This document shows positions 36,473 to 48,494 of a stretch of 64,000 nucleotides of DNA, piece by piece. The first letter of the stretch is position 1. Each line of letters begins with the position of its first letter. The DNA comes from Syntrophaceae bacterium. Its GTDB lineage: Bacteria > Desulfobacterota > Desulfomonilia > UBA1062. The position numbers and the translations under genes are program-made. The stretch covers positions 4,206-68,205 of the forward strand of contig JBDKSM010000034.1 in NCBI GenBank assembly GCA_039680665.1. The letters run 5' to 3'. The notes beneath the pieces are model-generated. The model made no database searches. It saw only the letters and a program-made list of their open reading frames with translations, and had not been told where the DNA came from.

Positions 36473-39012
36473 TCGACGGCAGCTCGTACATCTACCGGGC
36501 CTTCTACGCCATGCGCGAGATGAGCACCTCCACGGGCCTGCCCACCAATGCCGTGTACATCCTGACGCGCATGCTGGTCAAGCTCCTCAAGGATAAGGCG
36601 CCCGAGTATATCGCCTTCGTGCTTGACCCCAAGGGGCCCACGCACCGGCATGAACAGTACCAGGCCTACAAGGCCACGCGCCAGCGTATGCCCGAGGCCC
36701 TGCGGGCCCAGTTCCCCTATATCCTGGAGATGGTGGGGGCCTTGGGCATCCCCATCCTGCAGATGGAAAAGGAAGAGGCCGACGATATCATCGCCACGCT
36801 GGCCAGGCGCTTCAAGAGCCAGGCCCAGGTGGTGATCATCTCGGGCGACAAGGATTTGATGCAGCTCGTGGACGATTCCGTCATCATGTGGGATACCCTT
36901 AAAGGTCAGGTCTATGACCGCGCGGCCGTAGAGGTCAAGTTCAAGGTGGCCCCGGAATACATCGCCGACCTCCTGGCCATCATGGGTGATTCATCGGATA
37001 ATATCCCAGGCATCCCCGGCATCGGCGAAAAGGGCGCGGTCGATCTGATCACCAAGCTCGGGCACCTTGACCAGATCATCGCGCAAGCCGACAGCCTGAC
37101 ATCGGAGAAGCAGAAGAAGGCCATCAAGGAGAATATCGAGCTGGCGCGCTTGAGCCTTGCCCTGGCATGTCTGGACCGGGACGCGGCTTTCGAGGCCGGG
37201 CTGACCGATCTGGCCTTGAAAGACCGTGATGAAAAACGGCTGACGACACTCTTTCAGGAGCTCGAATTCAAGGCCCTGCTGGCCGAGCTTGGCCAGGCCG
37301 CCCTACCGGCGAGCCCTGTCCATCATGGACGCATCGAACATTGCAGCGACCCTGAGATATCGGGCGAGAATGGTTTCTTCATCGTCCGGGGTCTCGGGTC
37401 GGCCGTGGCCGAGCACGATGTCACCCGGGTCTGTCTTGACGAAAAAGCCTATCTGGCGCCTCTGGCGCGCAAGGACGCAACACTTATCCTGCACGACGCC
37501 AAGGAGGCGCTCGTGCTGGCCAAACAGCAGGGCATACGCATACAGGCCGACGTGTTCGACACCCTGCTGGCCGCCTACAGCGTAGATGCCGCCAGCAGCG
37601 GCACGCGCCTGGAGGAACTCGCCCGGTCTTATCTGGGAAGGTCCATCCCCACGCTCAAGGACCTCCTGGGCAGCGGGCGCGGCGCGCGGGACTTAAACGA
37701 TCTGAGCCAAGATGAGCGCGGCAGCTTCCTGGCCGCGCATGCCGAAGCGCTGCCGCCGCTCATGGAGAATCTTACCGAGCACATGGCACGCGTCAAGGTG
37801 GAGCGCATCTATCATGAGATCGAAATCCCGCTCACTTTTGTCCTGGCCGACTTGGAGGCCCTAGGCGTGCTGGTGGACACCGCGGTGCTTGCAGGGATCT
37901 CGGACGAGATTACGGAGACCACTGCCGAGCTGGAACGCAAGATCTATGACTTGTCCGGCCGCTGCTTCAACATCAACTCGCCGCAGCAGCTCGCCAAGGT
38001 GCTCTTCGAGGATTTGCAGCTGCCCGTGATCAAGAAGACCAAGACCGGCGTCTCGACCGACAGCAGCGTGCTGGAGGCCCTGGCCGCCAAGCACGAGGTC
38101 CCGGCCAAGATCCTGGAATACCGCATGCTGACCAAGCTCAAGAACACCTATGTGGACACCCTGCCTACTATGATCGACCCAACCACCGGTCGGGTGCATA
38201 CGCGCTTCAACCAGGCCGTGACCGCCACGGGCCGCATCTCTTCCTCGGACCCCAACCTCCAGAACATCCCTATCCGCACTGCCATCGGACGCCGCATCCG
38301 CGGGGCCTTCGTGGCGCCGCCGGGTTATCAGCTCTTAAGCGCCGACTATTCCCAGATCGAACTCAGGATCCTGGCGCATATCACCAAAGACCAGACCCTC
38401 ACGGAGTCCTTCCGGCAAGAGGTCGATATCCATGCCCGCACCGCGGCCGAGGTCTTTGGGCTGCCGCTGGGTGAGGTTACGTCCGACATGCGCCGCCAGG
38501 CCAAGGTCATCAATTTCGGCATCATCTACGGCATGGGCGCGCATAGGCTCTCGGGCGAGCTGGGGATTACCCGCGCCACGGCCCAGCGCTATATCGAGAA
38601 CTACCTGGCCAAGTATCCGGGAGTCAGGGAGTATATGGATGCGATCACCAGGACCGCCTCGGAACAGGGCTTTGTCACCACCATGCTGGGCCGGCGCCGC
38701 ACCATCCCGGAGATCAACTCGGCCAATTTCAACGAGAGGGAGGCCGCCCGTCGCATCGCCATCAACACCCCCATCCAAGGCAGCGCCGCCGACATCATCA
38801 AGATGGCCATGGTCAAGATCCAGGCGCACCTGAAAAATATGAAAAGCCGCATGATCCTGCAGGTGCACGACGAGCTGGTCTTCGAGGCCGCAGAGGGCGA
38901 GATTGAGGAACTGAAATCCCTGGTCATCCATGAAATGGAAAACGCCTACCCCATGGACGTGCCGGTCAAGGTCGATGTGGGCGTAGGACCAAACTGGGCC
39001 GCGGCGCACTAA
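36457..39012 (+). CDS. polA: DNA polymerase I
   Basis: LIDGSSYIYRAF, GDSSDNIPG, TGRISSSDPNLQNIP, ADYSQIELR, AKVINFGIIYG, LQVHDEL. Confidence 0.98.
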   Translation: MQIYLIDGSSYIYRAFYAMREMSTSTGLPTNAVYILTRMLVKLLKDKAPEYIAFVLDPKGPTHRHEQYQAYKATRQRMPEALRAQFPYILEMVGALGIPILQMEKEEADDIIATLARRFKSQAQVVIISGDKDLMQLVDDSVIMWDTLKGQVYDRAAVEVKFKVAPEYIADLLAIMGDSSDNIPGIPGIGEKGAVDLITKLGHLDQIIAQADSLTSEKQKKAIKENIELARLSLALACLDRDAAFEAGLTDLALKDRDEKRLTTLFQELEFKALLAELGQAALPASPVHHGRIEHCSDPEISGENGFFIVRGLGSAVAEHDVTRVCLDEKAYLAPLARKDATLILHDAKEALVLAKQQGIRIQADVFDTLLAAYSVDAASSGTRLEELARSYLGRSIPTLKDLLGSGRGARDLNDLSQDERGSFLAAHAEALPPLMENLTEHMARVKVERIYHEIEIPLTFVLADLEALGVLVDTAVLAGISDEITETTAELERKIYDLSGRCFNINSPQQLAKVLFEDLQLPVIKKTKTGVSTDSSVLEALAAKHEVPAKILEYRMLTKLKNTYVDTLPTMIDPTTGRVHTRFNQAVTATGRISSSDPNLQNIPIRTAIGRRIRGAFVAPPGYQLLSADYSQIELRILAHITKDQTLTESFRQEVDIHARTAAEVFGLPLGEVTSDMRRQAKVINFGIIYGMGAHRLSGELGITRATAQRYIENYLAKYPGVREYMDAITRTASEQGFVTTMLGRRRTIPEINSANFNEREAARRIAINTPIQGSAADIIKMAMVKIQAHLKNMKSRMILQVHDELVFEAAEGEIEELKSLVIHEMENAYPMDVPVKVDVGVGPNWAAAH

Positions 39013-39075
39013 GGAGTGAATGGCTCGCAATAGAGATCGGAAGGGGAATTCTGGCGGTTATTCTCTGTTCATGGA

Positions 39076-39282
39076 TTACTGATGCGCAATGGTCTTGGTC
39101 TCCGTCTTGGTTTCGGTGGTGGGATTGACTGACTTTTCCGCTTCGCTGGCAGCATTTTTGAAGCCTTGTACGGCCTTGCCGAGCGCATTGCCGAGTTCCG
39201 GAAGTTTGCCCGGTCCGAAGATAATCATGACGATCGCCAGCACCAGGATAAGATGCATGGGGCTGAAGAGTCCTTCAATCAT
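39076..39282 (-). CDS. tatA: twin-arginine translocase TatA/E
   Basis: LILVLAIVMIIFGPGKLPELGNALGKAVQGFK; AAGGAGG RBS. Confidence 0.92.
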   Translation of the reverse strand: MIEGLFSPMHLILVLAIVMIIFGPGKLPELGNALGKAVQGFKNAASEAEKSVNPTTETKTETKTIAHQ

Positions 39283-39362
39283 GGGAACCCTCCTTTTTCG
39301 TGTCGGTGAATCGGTGTATACCATAGCAGTCAAACCAATTCCAAACAATTCATGAGGGCGCT

Positions 39363-39851
39363 ATGGCGGTGATCGGAAATTTGCACGAAGTACTGAAAAA
39401 TCACGTCTTCCCGGAGCATATAACGAAAGGTCTTATGTACCTTGCCACCCTGACGGAGGATGCCTTCAGCGCCCTGGCCCCGGGCGAGGTCAGGCGCGTG
39501 GATCTTCAAGGCGAGGCCCTCTTCGCCCTGAACCAAGTCTATGAAACCAGGGACCTTGACCAGGCCAAATTCGAGGCCCACCGGCGTTATATTGACATCC
39601 AGTACGTGTTCGAAGGGCATGAGACCTTGCGGTTGGCTTGTATCGATGGTGCCACGCCGGTGACCGAGTTTGATGAAGAAAAAGACTTCCGCCTCTATGA
39701 CGCCGGTGATTACTCGACGATTTCCTTCCAAAAAGGCATGGTGTGCATCCTGTATCCTGCGGATCTCCATGCCCCGTGCTTGGACTGGCAGGGCCGCAGC
39801 CTGATAAAAAAGACCGTGATCAAGGTGCGGGTCAACCCCGCTAAAACTTAG
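39363..39851 (+). CDS. YhcH/YjgK/YiaL (DUF386) protein
   Basis: FEAHRRYIDIQY, YPADLHAP, IKKTVIKV. Confidence 0.9.
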   Translation: MAVIGNLHEVLKNHVFPEHITKGLMYLATLTEDAFSALAPGEVRRVDLQGEALFALNQVYETRDLDQAKFEAHRRYIDIQYVFEGHETLRLACIDGATPVTEFDEEKDFRLYDAGDYSTISFQKGMVCILYPADLHAPCLDWQGRSLIKKTVIKVRVNPAKT

Positions 39852-39854
39852 GGC

Positions 39855-40583
39855 TCACCTGTTTCCAAAGACCTGCTTCAGGAGCGCGGTGGTGCGCGCG
39901 GCCGGATCCTGCCGGATCTTCTTTTCCTCTTGGCCTACCATGAAGAAAAGGCCTTCCAGGGCCTTGCCGGTCACGTACTGGTCCAAATCCAGGGACTCCC
40001 GGTTGGCAAAGGGCGCCAGGGCGAAATACTGGTTCGTCAAGGTTTTATAGTGCTGGGTCACGCCCACGCTGTTCATGCTGGCGGCAATCTCCGGCTTGAA
40101 GGCCTGGGCCAGTTGCGCCGAGGTCTTGGCCTTGAAATACTCGGTGGCCGCGGTGTCGCCGCCCTCCAGGATCTGGCCGGCATCCTGGATGGTCATCGCT
40201 TTGATGGCGCCCACGAAGATGTCCTTGGCCTTGGGCGCCGCTTTTTCGGCCGCACGGTTCATACTGAGCATGAAGGCATCGACCTCGCTGCCCAGCCCGG
40301 CTTTCTTCAGGACCGTGGCGAACAATTGAATGTTCTCGGGCAGCGGGATCTGAATGGCGTCGTTGCCGTAATAGCCGTTTTCCTTGGCCACCGCCTTGAC
40401 CGCCACGGCGGTGCCCATCGAAAGCGCCTCCTTCAGTCCGGAGACCACGGTGCCCTCGTCCTGAGAAGAGCTTACGCCGGGCGCCTGCAGGACCTTGAAG
40501 ATCTCGTCCAGAAAACCCGCCGCCGCATAGCCCGGAGCGAGCATCATGAGGCCTAGAACAACCAGAGCTATCCTTTCTTTCAT
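39855..40583 (-). CDS. DUF4197 exported protein
   Basis: [49 protein letters not shown]. Confidence 0.9.
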   Translation of the reverse strand: MKERIALVVLGLMMLAPGYAAAGFLDEIFKVLQAPGVSSSQDEGTVVSGLKEALSMGTAVAVKAVAKENGYYGNDAIQIPLPENIQLFATVLKKAGLGSEVDAFMLSMNRAAEKAAPKAKDIFVGAIKAMTIQDAGQILEGGDTAATEYFKAKTSAQLAQAFKPEIAASMNSVGVTQHYKTLTNQYFALAPFANRESLDLDQYVTGKALEGLFFMVGQEEKKIRQDPAARTTALLKQVFGNR

Positions 40584-40865
40584 CGGTTCACCTCGCACGA
40601 TAAAAACCGGTCTGGAATGATCCGTAGTTTCCGTATTCTTTCACCATCTTTCTCAAAGGGCAATATGGAATGGCATAATCTGATTAATACGGTCTGAAAA
40701 CCCCACTGGCAAGACACACCTCTTTTGAACTTCGTTTGATATATGCTTTTGTCAATCGGTGGAGATCTATGCGCATGCCGCTTGGCAAAGACAAGAGGTT
40801 GTTTTTGTGGAGGTAGTGTGCTTAGACTGCTGAGACATCTATATTTGAGCTGCTCGGTCTCAGAT

Positions 40866-41612
40866 CTATTTTTTCGAGGAAACAATGCCTGCGGAAAAGG
40901 AATTGAAAGACAAAGAAAAGGATTCCTCGCTATTGCTCCGATTCCATATAACCTCATCGGCAATCACAAGCACCCATGATTGAGTGACGTTATCTGGTTT
41001 CTTCTTGGAAAAGGCCTGTGGGGTCAGGATGGCAGCGCAGAAACTGGCAATCGGACAACGCACGGATTTGTAAATAATGATGCCCGCATCCGACTTGCGG
41101 ACAGTCCTGGCGAATTCCTGGGTTGCGGAATAATCGCTGGGGTGTTCCCAATGAACTGCATCACGGGAGAATGGTTTGTCTCTGAGGTCAACCGCGCGGT
41201 GATCCAGGGTTACTCTGAAAGCTGTGAACAAAGAGGGCGAGAGGCGCTTCAGGCCGGCACTGTCCTGCAAGAACTTCCAGCGCCAATACCCAACCTCGGA
41301 TGCTAGCGTGCATGTCGTCTCGCCCCCATAGAAAACACCGGGATCGCCCACAGCCCTAAAACGGGTTCCGAATGATGCGGTCGCTCCATATCTGAAAGGG
41401 CTGAAAAGCAGGTAATCCAGGCCACGTGCATTGGCTGGTATTGGTGGTTTGTTTTCCTCAAGGATATCTTCGAGGATTTCGTGCTCTTCCCTGGTGTCTA
41501 CCAATTGTAAGGTGGAGGTTGCGTATTGTGATTCCACCATGCGCCATATTTTGCCCGAGAATGCCTGGGCGTTAGATGATACCTCTGCAGGTGTCCAGGT
41601 AATGGACGACAC
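40866..41612 (-). CDS. RES-domain toxin (NAD+ phosphorylase/ADP-ribosyltransferase fold)
   Basis: R (WRMVE), E (VFYGGE), S (YKSVR); LFSPFRY..GTRF; overlaps antitoxin 3' end. Confidence 0.88.
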   Translation of the reverse strand: MSSITWTPAEVSSNAQAFSGKIWRMVESQYATSTLQLVDTREEHEILEDILEENKPPIPANARGLDYLLFSPFRYGATASFGTRFRAVGDPGVFYGGETTCTLASEVGYWRWKFLQDSAGLKRLSPSLFTAFRVTLDHRAVDLRDKPFSRDAVHWEHPSDYSATQEFARTVRKSDAGIIIYKSVRCPIASFCAAILTPQAFSKKKPDNVTQSWVLVIADEVIWNRSNSEESFSLSFNSFSAGIVSSKK

Positions 41613-41958
41613 TGACAAGGCCCTCCGTTGTTTCTACAAGATTGGCCGGCTTCTGATCCGCAAGCCCCTTATTCTCGCTGTTCATCCAGGCCCGCGCGTC
41701 TTCATGCGAGCCGCCCACAAGCGCATCAAGGGATCTGAAAAGTCTTACCAGCAAGACGCCATAGTCCCATTCCTTCTTGCGAGGTGACAAATCGTATGAA
41801 CGTGCGTATAGGCGCGTAACCGTAGCGGGGCTGAGTCCAAGAACCTTAGACAACTTGTTCTTTGTGAATCCCAAGTTATCGGCAGTGTTTATGACGGCCT
41901 TCGACAAAACATTTTTTTTTGCTGTCGTAGATGGGGATAACGCCAGCTCTTTCATCAT
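41572..41958 (-). CDS. Xre/MbcA/ParS-type antitoxin
   Basis: HTH LSKVLGLSPATVTR; LVRLFRSLDAL..ARAWMNSENKGL...P...GLVSVVHYLD. Confidence 0.9.
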   Translation of the reverse strand: MMKELALSPSTTAKKNVLSKAVINTADNLGFTKNKLSKVLGLSPATVTRLYARSYDLSPRKKEWDYGVLLVRLFRSLDALVGGSHEDARAWMNSENKGLADQKPANLVETTEGLVSVVHYLDTCRGII

Positions 41959-41984
41959 AGCCCTCCCATCCATATGTTTATCGG

Positions 41985-42026
41985 TGTTTCTGCAGAAACA
42001 ATAAGCCTGATTTATTTCAATGTAAA
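41985..42026 (-). promoter_or_regulatory. TA promoter with overlapping palindromic operator
   Basis: Minus strand TTTACA-17-TATTGT; perfect palindrome TGTTTCTGCAGAAACA at 41985-42000 overlaps the -10 box. Confidence 0.7.
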
Positions 42027-42480
42027 GTGATAAAAATATCAGCCGGCATCACTACTGTCCAAAAAAGAAAGGTGCCTGATCTTGAATTTTGACATTGAAC
42101 ATTATTTGCCCCTTGATCGACACTGTATTCCATTGTTTTTTATAGCTTTATACAGTAGGCACCGCAATGCTCGATTTCACTCCGTGCCGGTACCTACCAC
42201 TAAGTGTCTTGGCCGCAGTGAGGCATGCGGCGGCGAAGTTCCTGGGGATCGGGCCAGGTTCACAGCCCGATCCCCAGGACGGCCATAACCAGTACATCAC
42301 CTCGGTCTTTGCCCCGGCCTCCGCGCATCGGCCTATCCCGGTGAGCTGATGCTCCCCTTATGATTTCAGGGGGGGATGGGGGGGTAGATCTTTTTTGCCT
42401 GAGATCTTTAGGGGGTTATCTTGAAAACCCGGACATACAGAACTAATATTGTGATATAACATATCGAGAAGAGGGATACT

Positions 42481-45105
<2,625 letters not shown>

Positions 45106-45109
45106 AGAA

Positions 45110-45252
45110 AATTGCCCCCAATCCCCCACCCCCCTTACCCCCTTTTAAGGGGCTAAGGGGGGTTGACGTTTTGCTGATCGGCCAGCCGATCAGCAAAACC
45201 CATGGACCCCTTTTGCCGTGCGGAGAAAGGGGGAGGGGATAGAGGCGATCTT
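45110..45252. repeat. nested multi-hairpin palindromic element
   Basis: Perfect IR GTTTTGCTGATCGGC/GCCGATCAGCAAAAC (45168-45199) flanked by C-rich/G-rich hairpins with pairing outer ends. Confidence 0.7.
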
Positions 45253-45328
45253 TTAGTGCAATGCAAGATTGTTTTTCCCTGCTGCCGGGATATTATACAG
45301 GGCAAGATCACGAGCGGGGAGGGCGCAT

Positions 45329-46219
45329 ATGAACCGCAGAGAGTTCCTCAAGATCACGGCCATGGCCGGTGCCGGGGTCATGCTGCCCTACGAGCTGCAG
45401 ACCCTGGCCGCGGCCATACCGCCCGATATGGTGATAGCACATGGGGCGCTGCCGCAGAAGGTCACGCAGACGGCCATCGAGGCCATGGGCGGGATGAAAC
45501 GTTTTATCGACAAGGGCGATATCGTGGTGGTCAAGCCCAATATCGGCTGGGACCGCACGCCGGAGTATGCCGCCAATACCAACCCCGTGGTGGTGGCCAC
45601 CTTGGTAAGGCTCTGTCTGGAGGCCGGGGCCAAGAAGGTCAAGGTCTTCGACAACCCCGTGAACGATGCCCGGCGCTGCTATGTGCAGAGCGGCATCGCG
45701 GATGCCGCGCGCCGGGCCGGAGCCGAGGTGAGCTTTACCGACGAGCGCCGCTTCAAGGATGTGGCCATCAATGGGCAGGCCCTTAAAACCTGGCCGCTCT
45801 ACACGGACATCCTGGAGGCGGACAAGATCATCAATGTGCCCATTGCCAAGACGCACGGTCTGACCAAGCTTACGCTGGGATTCAAGAACTGGATGGGCGT
45901 CATGGGCGGCCGGCGGGGCCGGATTCATTTTTCGATCGACGAGAAGCTCGTGGATGTGGCGCGGGTGATCAAGCCCACTTTGACCGTGCTCGACGCCGTG
46001 CACATCCTCACGGCCGGCGGACCCCAGGGCGGGGACGTGCGGGATGTGAAGACCCTGGGCATTGTGGCGGCTTCCATAGACCCGGTGGCTGTTGATGCCT
46101 TCGGCGCCACTTTGTTCGGCCTCACCGGCGGCGATATCGGCTATGTAAAGCTGGGGCACGAGGCCGGTCTGGGCACCATGGATTTCCAGAAGCTCAAGAT
46201 AAAAAAGATTACCATATAG
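45329..46219 (+). CDS. Tat-exported DUF362 protein
   Basis: MNRREFLK twin-arginine; VVVKPNIGWDR, ANTNP, INVPIAKTH, KNWMG, DPVAVD. Confidence 0.92.
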   Translation: MNRREFLKITAMAGAGVMLPYELQTLAAAIPPDMVIAHGALPQKVTQTAIEAMGGMKRFIDKGDIVVVKPNIGWDRTPEYAANTNPVVVATLVRLCLEAGAKKVKVFDNPVNDARRCYVQSGIADAARRAGAEVSFTDERRFKDVAINGQALKTWPLYTDILEADKIINVPIAKTHGLTKLTLGFKNWMGVMGGRRGRIHFSIDEKLVDVARVIKPTLTVLDAVHILTAGGPQGGDVRDVKTLGIVAASIDPVAVDAFGATLFGLTGGDIGYVKLGHEAGLGTMDFQKLKIKKITI

Positions 46220-46338
46220 TTTTAAGTGTAAAGTTTTACGTACTAAGAAAAAGACCAAGTCCAATAGGTGAGGATAACCATGCGTGCTGCAAGGTTTTTT
46301 GATTCTATCTTAAAACTTAAAACTTCAAACATAAAACT
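46218..46338. repeat. inverted heptamer tandem arrays
   Basis: AGTTTTA-AGTGTAA-AGTTTTA-CGTACTA (46218-45) versus TAAAACT-TAAAACT-TCAAACA-TAAAACT (46311-38). Confidence 0.7.
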
Positions 46339-47842
46339 GTCTTTTCTGCGCAAAGCGAGCCAGGCCTTTTTCCTGTTGCTCTTCTTGTTCCTGTTCATCC
46401 AGACGCAGTCCAAGGGGTTCGATACGCTCGGGTATCCGGTGCGCGTCTTCCTGGATTTCGATCCGCTGATTCTGGCGACCACATTCCTGGCCGGCCATGC
46501 GGTGCCCAAGGCCATGCTCCTGGCCCTTGCGACCATCGTATTGACCGTGCTGCTGGGCCGCGTCTTCTGCGGCTGGATCTGTCCCCTGGGCACGCTCCAC
46601 AACCTGGTGGGTGCGGTTCCTGTGCGGCGCAAGGCAGTGTCGGCCGGGCTCTACCGTTTGAAGTACTATCTCCTCATCGTCATTCTGGCCGGTTCGCTCT
46701 TCGGCCTGGAAGTAAGCGGGATATTCGATCCCATCTCGATTGTGATCCGCTCCTTGACCCTGAGCCTCTACCCCCTGTTCAACCGCGTGCTCATGGCGGT
46801 CCTGGCAGGGGCCGACGCGGTGGGCGGGGCCGGGTTCACGGCCGGAGTCTATGAAAACCTGCGGGGCGGGGTGCTGGCATTCAATCCGCCGTACTACCTT
46901 CAGTCCGCCTTTATCGGACTCATCTTTCTGGCGATCCTGCTGGCCAACCTTATCCAGAAGCGCTTCTGGTGCCGCTACTTCTGTCCGCTGGGCGCGCTCT
47001 TGGGTATCTTAAGCCGGTTTTCTATCTTAGGGATCAAGGTTAGCGAGGGCTGCACGGCGTGCGGGGCCTGCGCCGCGCATTGCCAGGCCGACGCGATAAC
47101 CGATGGGGGACAAGGTCGGAAGTCCAGCGAATGCCTGATCTGCTTCGACTGCGACGACCCCTGCCCAAGCAGCGCCGTGGGTTACGGCCGCTTGTCTCGG
47201 CGTGCGCCGCTCAATCTTTCCCGGCGGGGCGTCGTTACCTCTCTGGCCTCAGGGGTGCTCCTGGCGCCGTTTCTACGCTTGTCGCCGCCCGTGTCCAACC
47301 CGCTCCTGATCCGGCCGCCGGGCGCATTGCCTGAACCTGAGTTTCTCAAGCACTGCGTCAAGTGCGGGGAATGCATGAAGGTCTGCCTCACGGGCGGCCT
47401 GCAGCCGACCTTGCTCGAGGCCGGCCTGGAAGGCGTCTGGACCCCGCGCCTAGTGCCGCGCATTGGCTACTGTGAGTATAACTGCACCCTGTGCGGCCAG
47501 GTCTGCCCCACGGGCGCCATCAAACGCCTTACGCGCGCCGAGAAGGTGGAGGTCGTCATCGGTCTGGCAACGATCGACAAGAGCCGCTGCCTGCCGCATA
47601 GCCATGCCAGGGCCTGTATCGCCTGCCAGGAGGTCTGCCCCACGTCGCCCAAGGCCGTCTGGCTGGAGGAGGCAGCGGTAAAAAACCATGACGGTGCAAC
47701 CGTACGCTTGAACCAGCCCCATATCGATCTTCAGCGCTGCATCGGCTGCGGCATCTGCGAAAAGGTCTGCCCGGTCTCGGACCGGCCGGCCATATACGTC
47801 ACCAGCCTGGGCGAGAGCCGCTCGCCCGATAACCAGTTGTGA
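46280..47842 (+). CDS. membrane polyferredoxin (NapH/MauN-like fused to NapG/MauM-like)
   Basis: GRVFCGWICPLG, RFWCRYFCPLG, IRPPGA, several CxxCxxCxxxCP. Confidence 0.9.
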   Translation: MRAARFFDSILKLKTSNIKLSFLRKASQAFFLLLFLFLFIQTQSKGFDTLGYPVRVFLDFDPLILATTFLAGHAVPKAMLLALATIVLTVLLGRVFCGWICPLGTLHNLVGAVPVRRKAVSAGLYRLKYYLLIVILAGSLFGLEVSGIFDPISIVIRSLTLSLYPLFNRVLMAVLAGADAVGGAGFTAGVYENLRGGVLAFNPPYYLQSAFIGLIFLAILLANLIQKRFWCRYFCPLGALLGILSRFSILGIKVSEGCTACGACAAHCQADAITDGGQGRKSSECLICFDCDDPCPSSAVGYGRLSRRAPLNLSRRGVVTSLASGVLLAPFLRLSPPVSNPLLIRPPGALPEPEFLKHCVKCGECMKVCLTGGLQPTLLEAGLEGVWTPRLVPRIGYCEYNCTLCGQVCPTGAIKRLTRAEKVEVVIGLATIDKSRCLPHSHARACIACQEVCPTSPKAVWLEEAAVKNHDGATVRLNQPHIDLQRCIGCGICEKVCPVSDRPAIYVTSLGESRSPDNQL

Positions 47843-47847
47843 GTAGA

Positions 47848-47886
47848 ATCCTGGGGGACACTTTTTGTAAAAGTGTCCCCCAGGAT
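47848..47886. terminator. 18-bp perfect inverted repeat between convergent genes
   Basis: ATCCTGGGGGACACTTTT-TGT-AAAAGTGTCCCCCAGGAT. Confidence 0.75.
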
Positions 47887-47897
47887 CTTGCTTGTCT

Positions 47898-48494
47898 CTA
47901 TGGTTTGGCGTTGATCTTGGGCGGGTTGAACAATTCGTCCTTGAGGCCCACGTCGAAGCGGTAATCCTTGAGTCTGATATCGCTGCGGTTGCCCATGGCG
48001 TCCGTTAAGGCCACGCGCTTGACCAGGTTGTCGCCGTCGATCCAGATGTTGATCTCGCCCGTGCCGTTTTTGGGCGTCAAGACCAGGTGGTCCCGCTGCT
48101 CCTTGACGGCATAGTCCTGGTCGATGTTGCCCAGGCCCGCGATGAAGGCCAGGATGTTGCGCGAGGCGATCTCCTTGGGCACCTCCTGGATGGCCTGCGT
48201 GCCCTCATCGGGCAGGGTCACGGTCACGGTGGCGCCTTTGAGGGTGATGATCTGCCGTTGAGGGCTCGTCACATCCATGCGCGCCCGGTCCGGCTTCTTG
48301 TAGGCCACGGTGCCGGTGAACGTTATCTCCTTGTTCATTAGGACCTGAAAGCTCTGCTGGCTGAAGCTCGCCTGAAAATCTTTGTGACGCGCATAGCGCT
48401 GCTGTACGGTCTTGACGTCCACGGCCGCGAGTTCGCCGGCCGGCAGCAGGATTGCCAGCAAAAGGATGAGGCTATTCTTCCATTTCCTTGGCAT
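47898..48494 (-). CDS. lolA: outer-membrane lipoprotein carrier LolA
   Basis: Signal peptide; FQASFSQ, KKPDRAR, DAMGNRS; follows ftsK. Confidence 0.85.
   Translation of the reverse strand: MPRKWKNSLILLLAILLPAGELAAVDVKTVQQRYARHKDFQASFSQQSFQVLMNKEITFTGTVAYKKPDRARMDVTSPQRQIITLKGATVTVTLPDEGTQAIQEVPKEIASRNILAFIAGLGNIDQDYAVKEQRDHLVLTPKNGTGEINIWIDGDNLVKRVALTDAMGNRSDIRLKDYRFDVGLKDELFNPPKINAKP

Noticed and set aside
42420-42450. CTTGAAA sigma32-like -35 box upstream of clpB; CIRCE search
   Set aside because: The -10 element does not match CCCCATnT well, and no TTAGCACTC-N9-GAGTGCTAA is present.
47840-47886. TGA followed by a hairpin as selenocysteine/SECIS read-through
   Set aside because: The protein is complete at TGA, there is no Cys-equivalent context, and the hairpin is a perfect IR between convergent genes.
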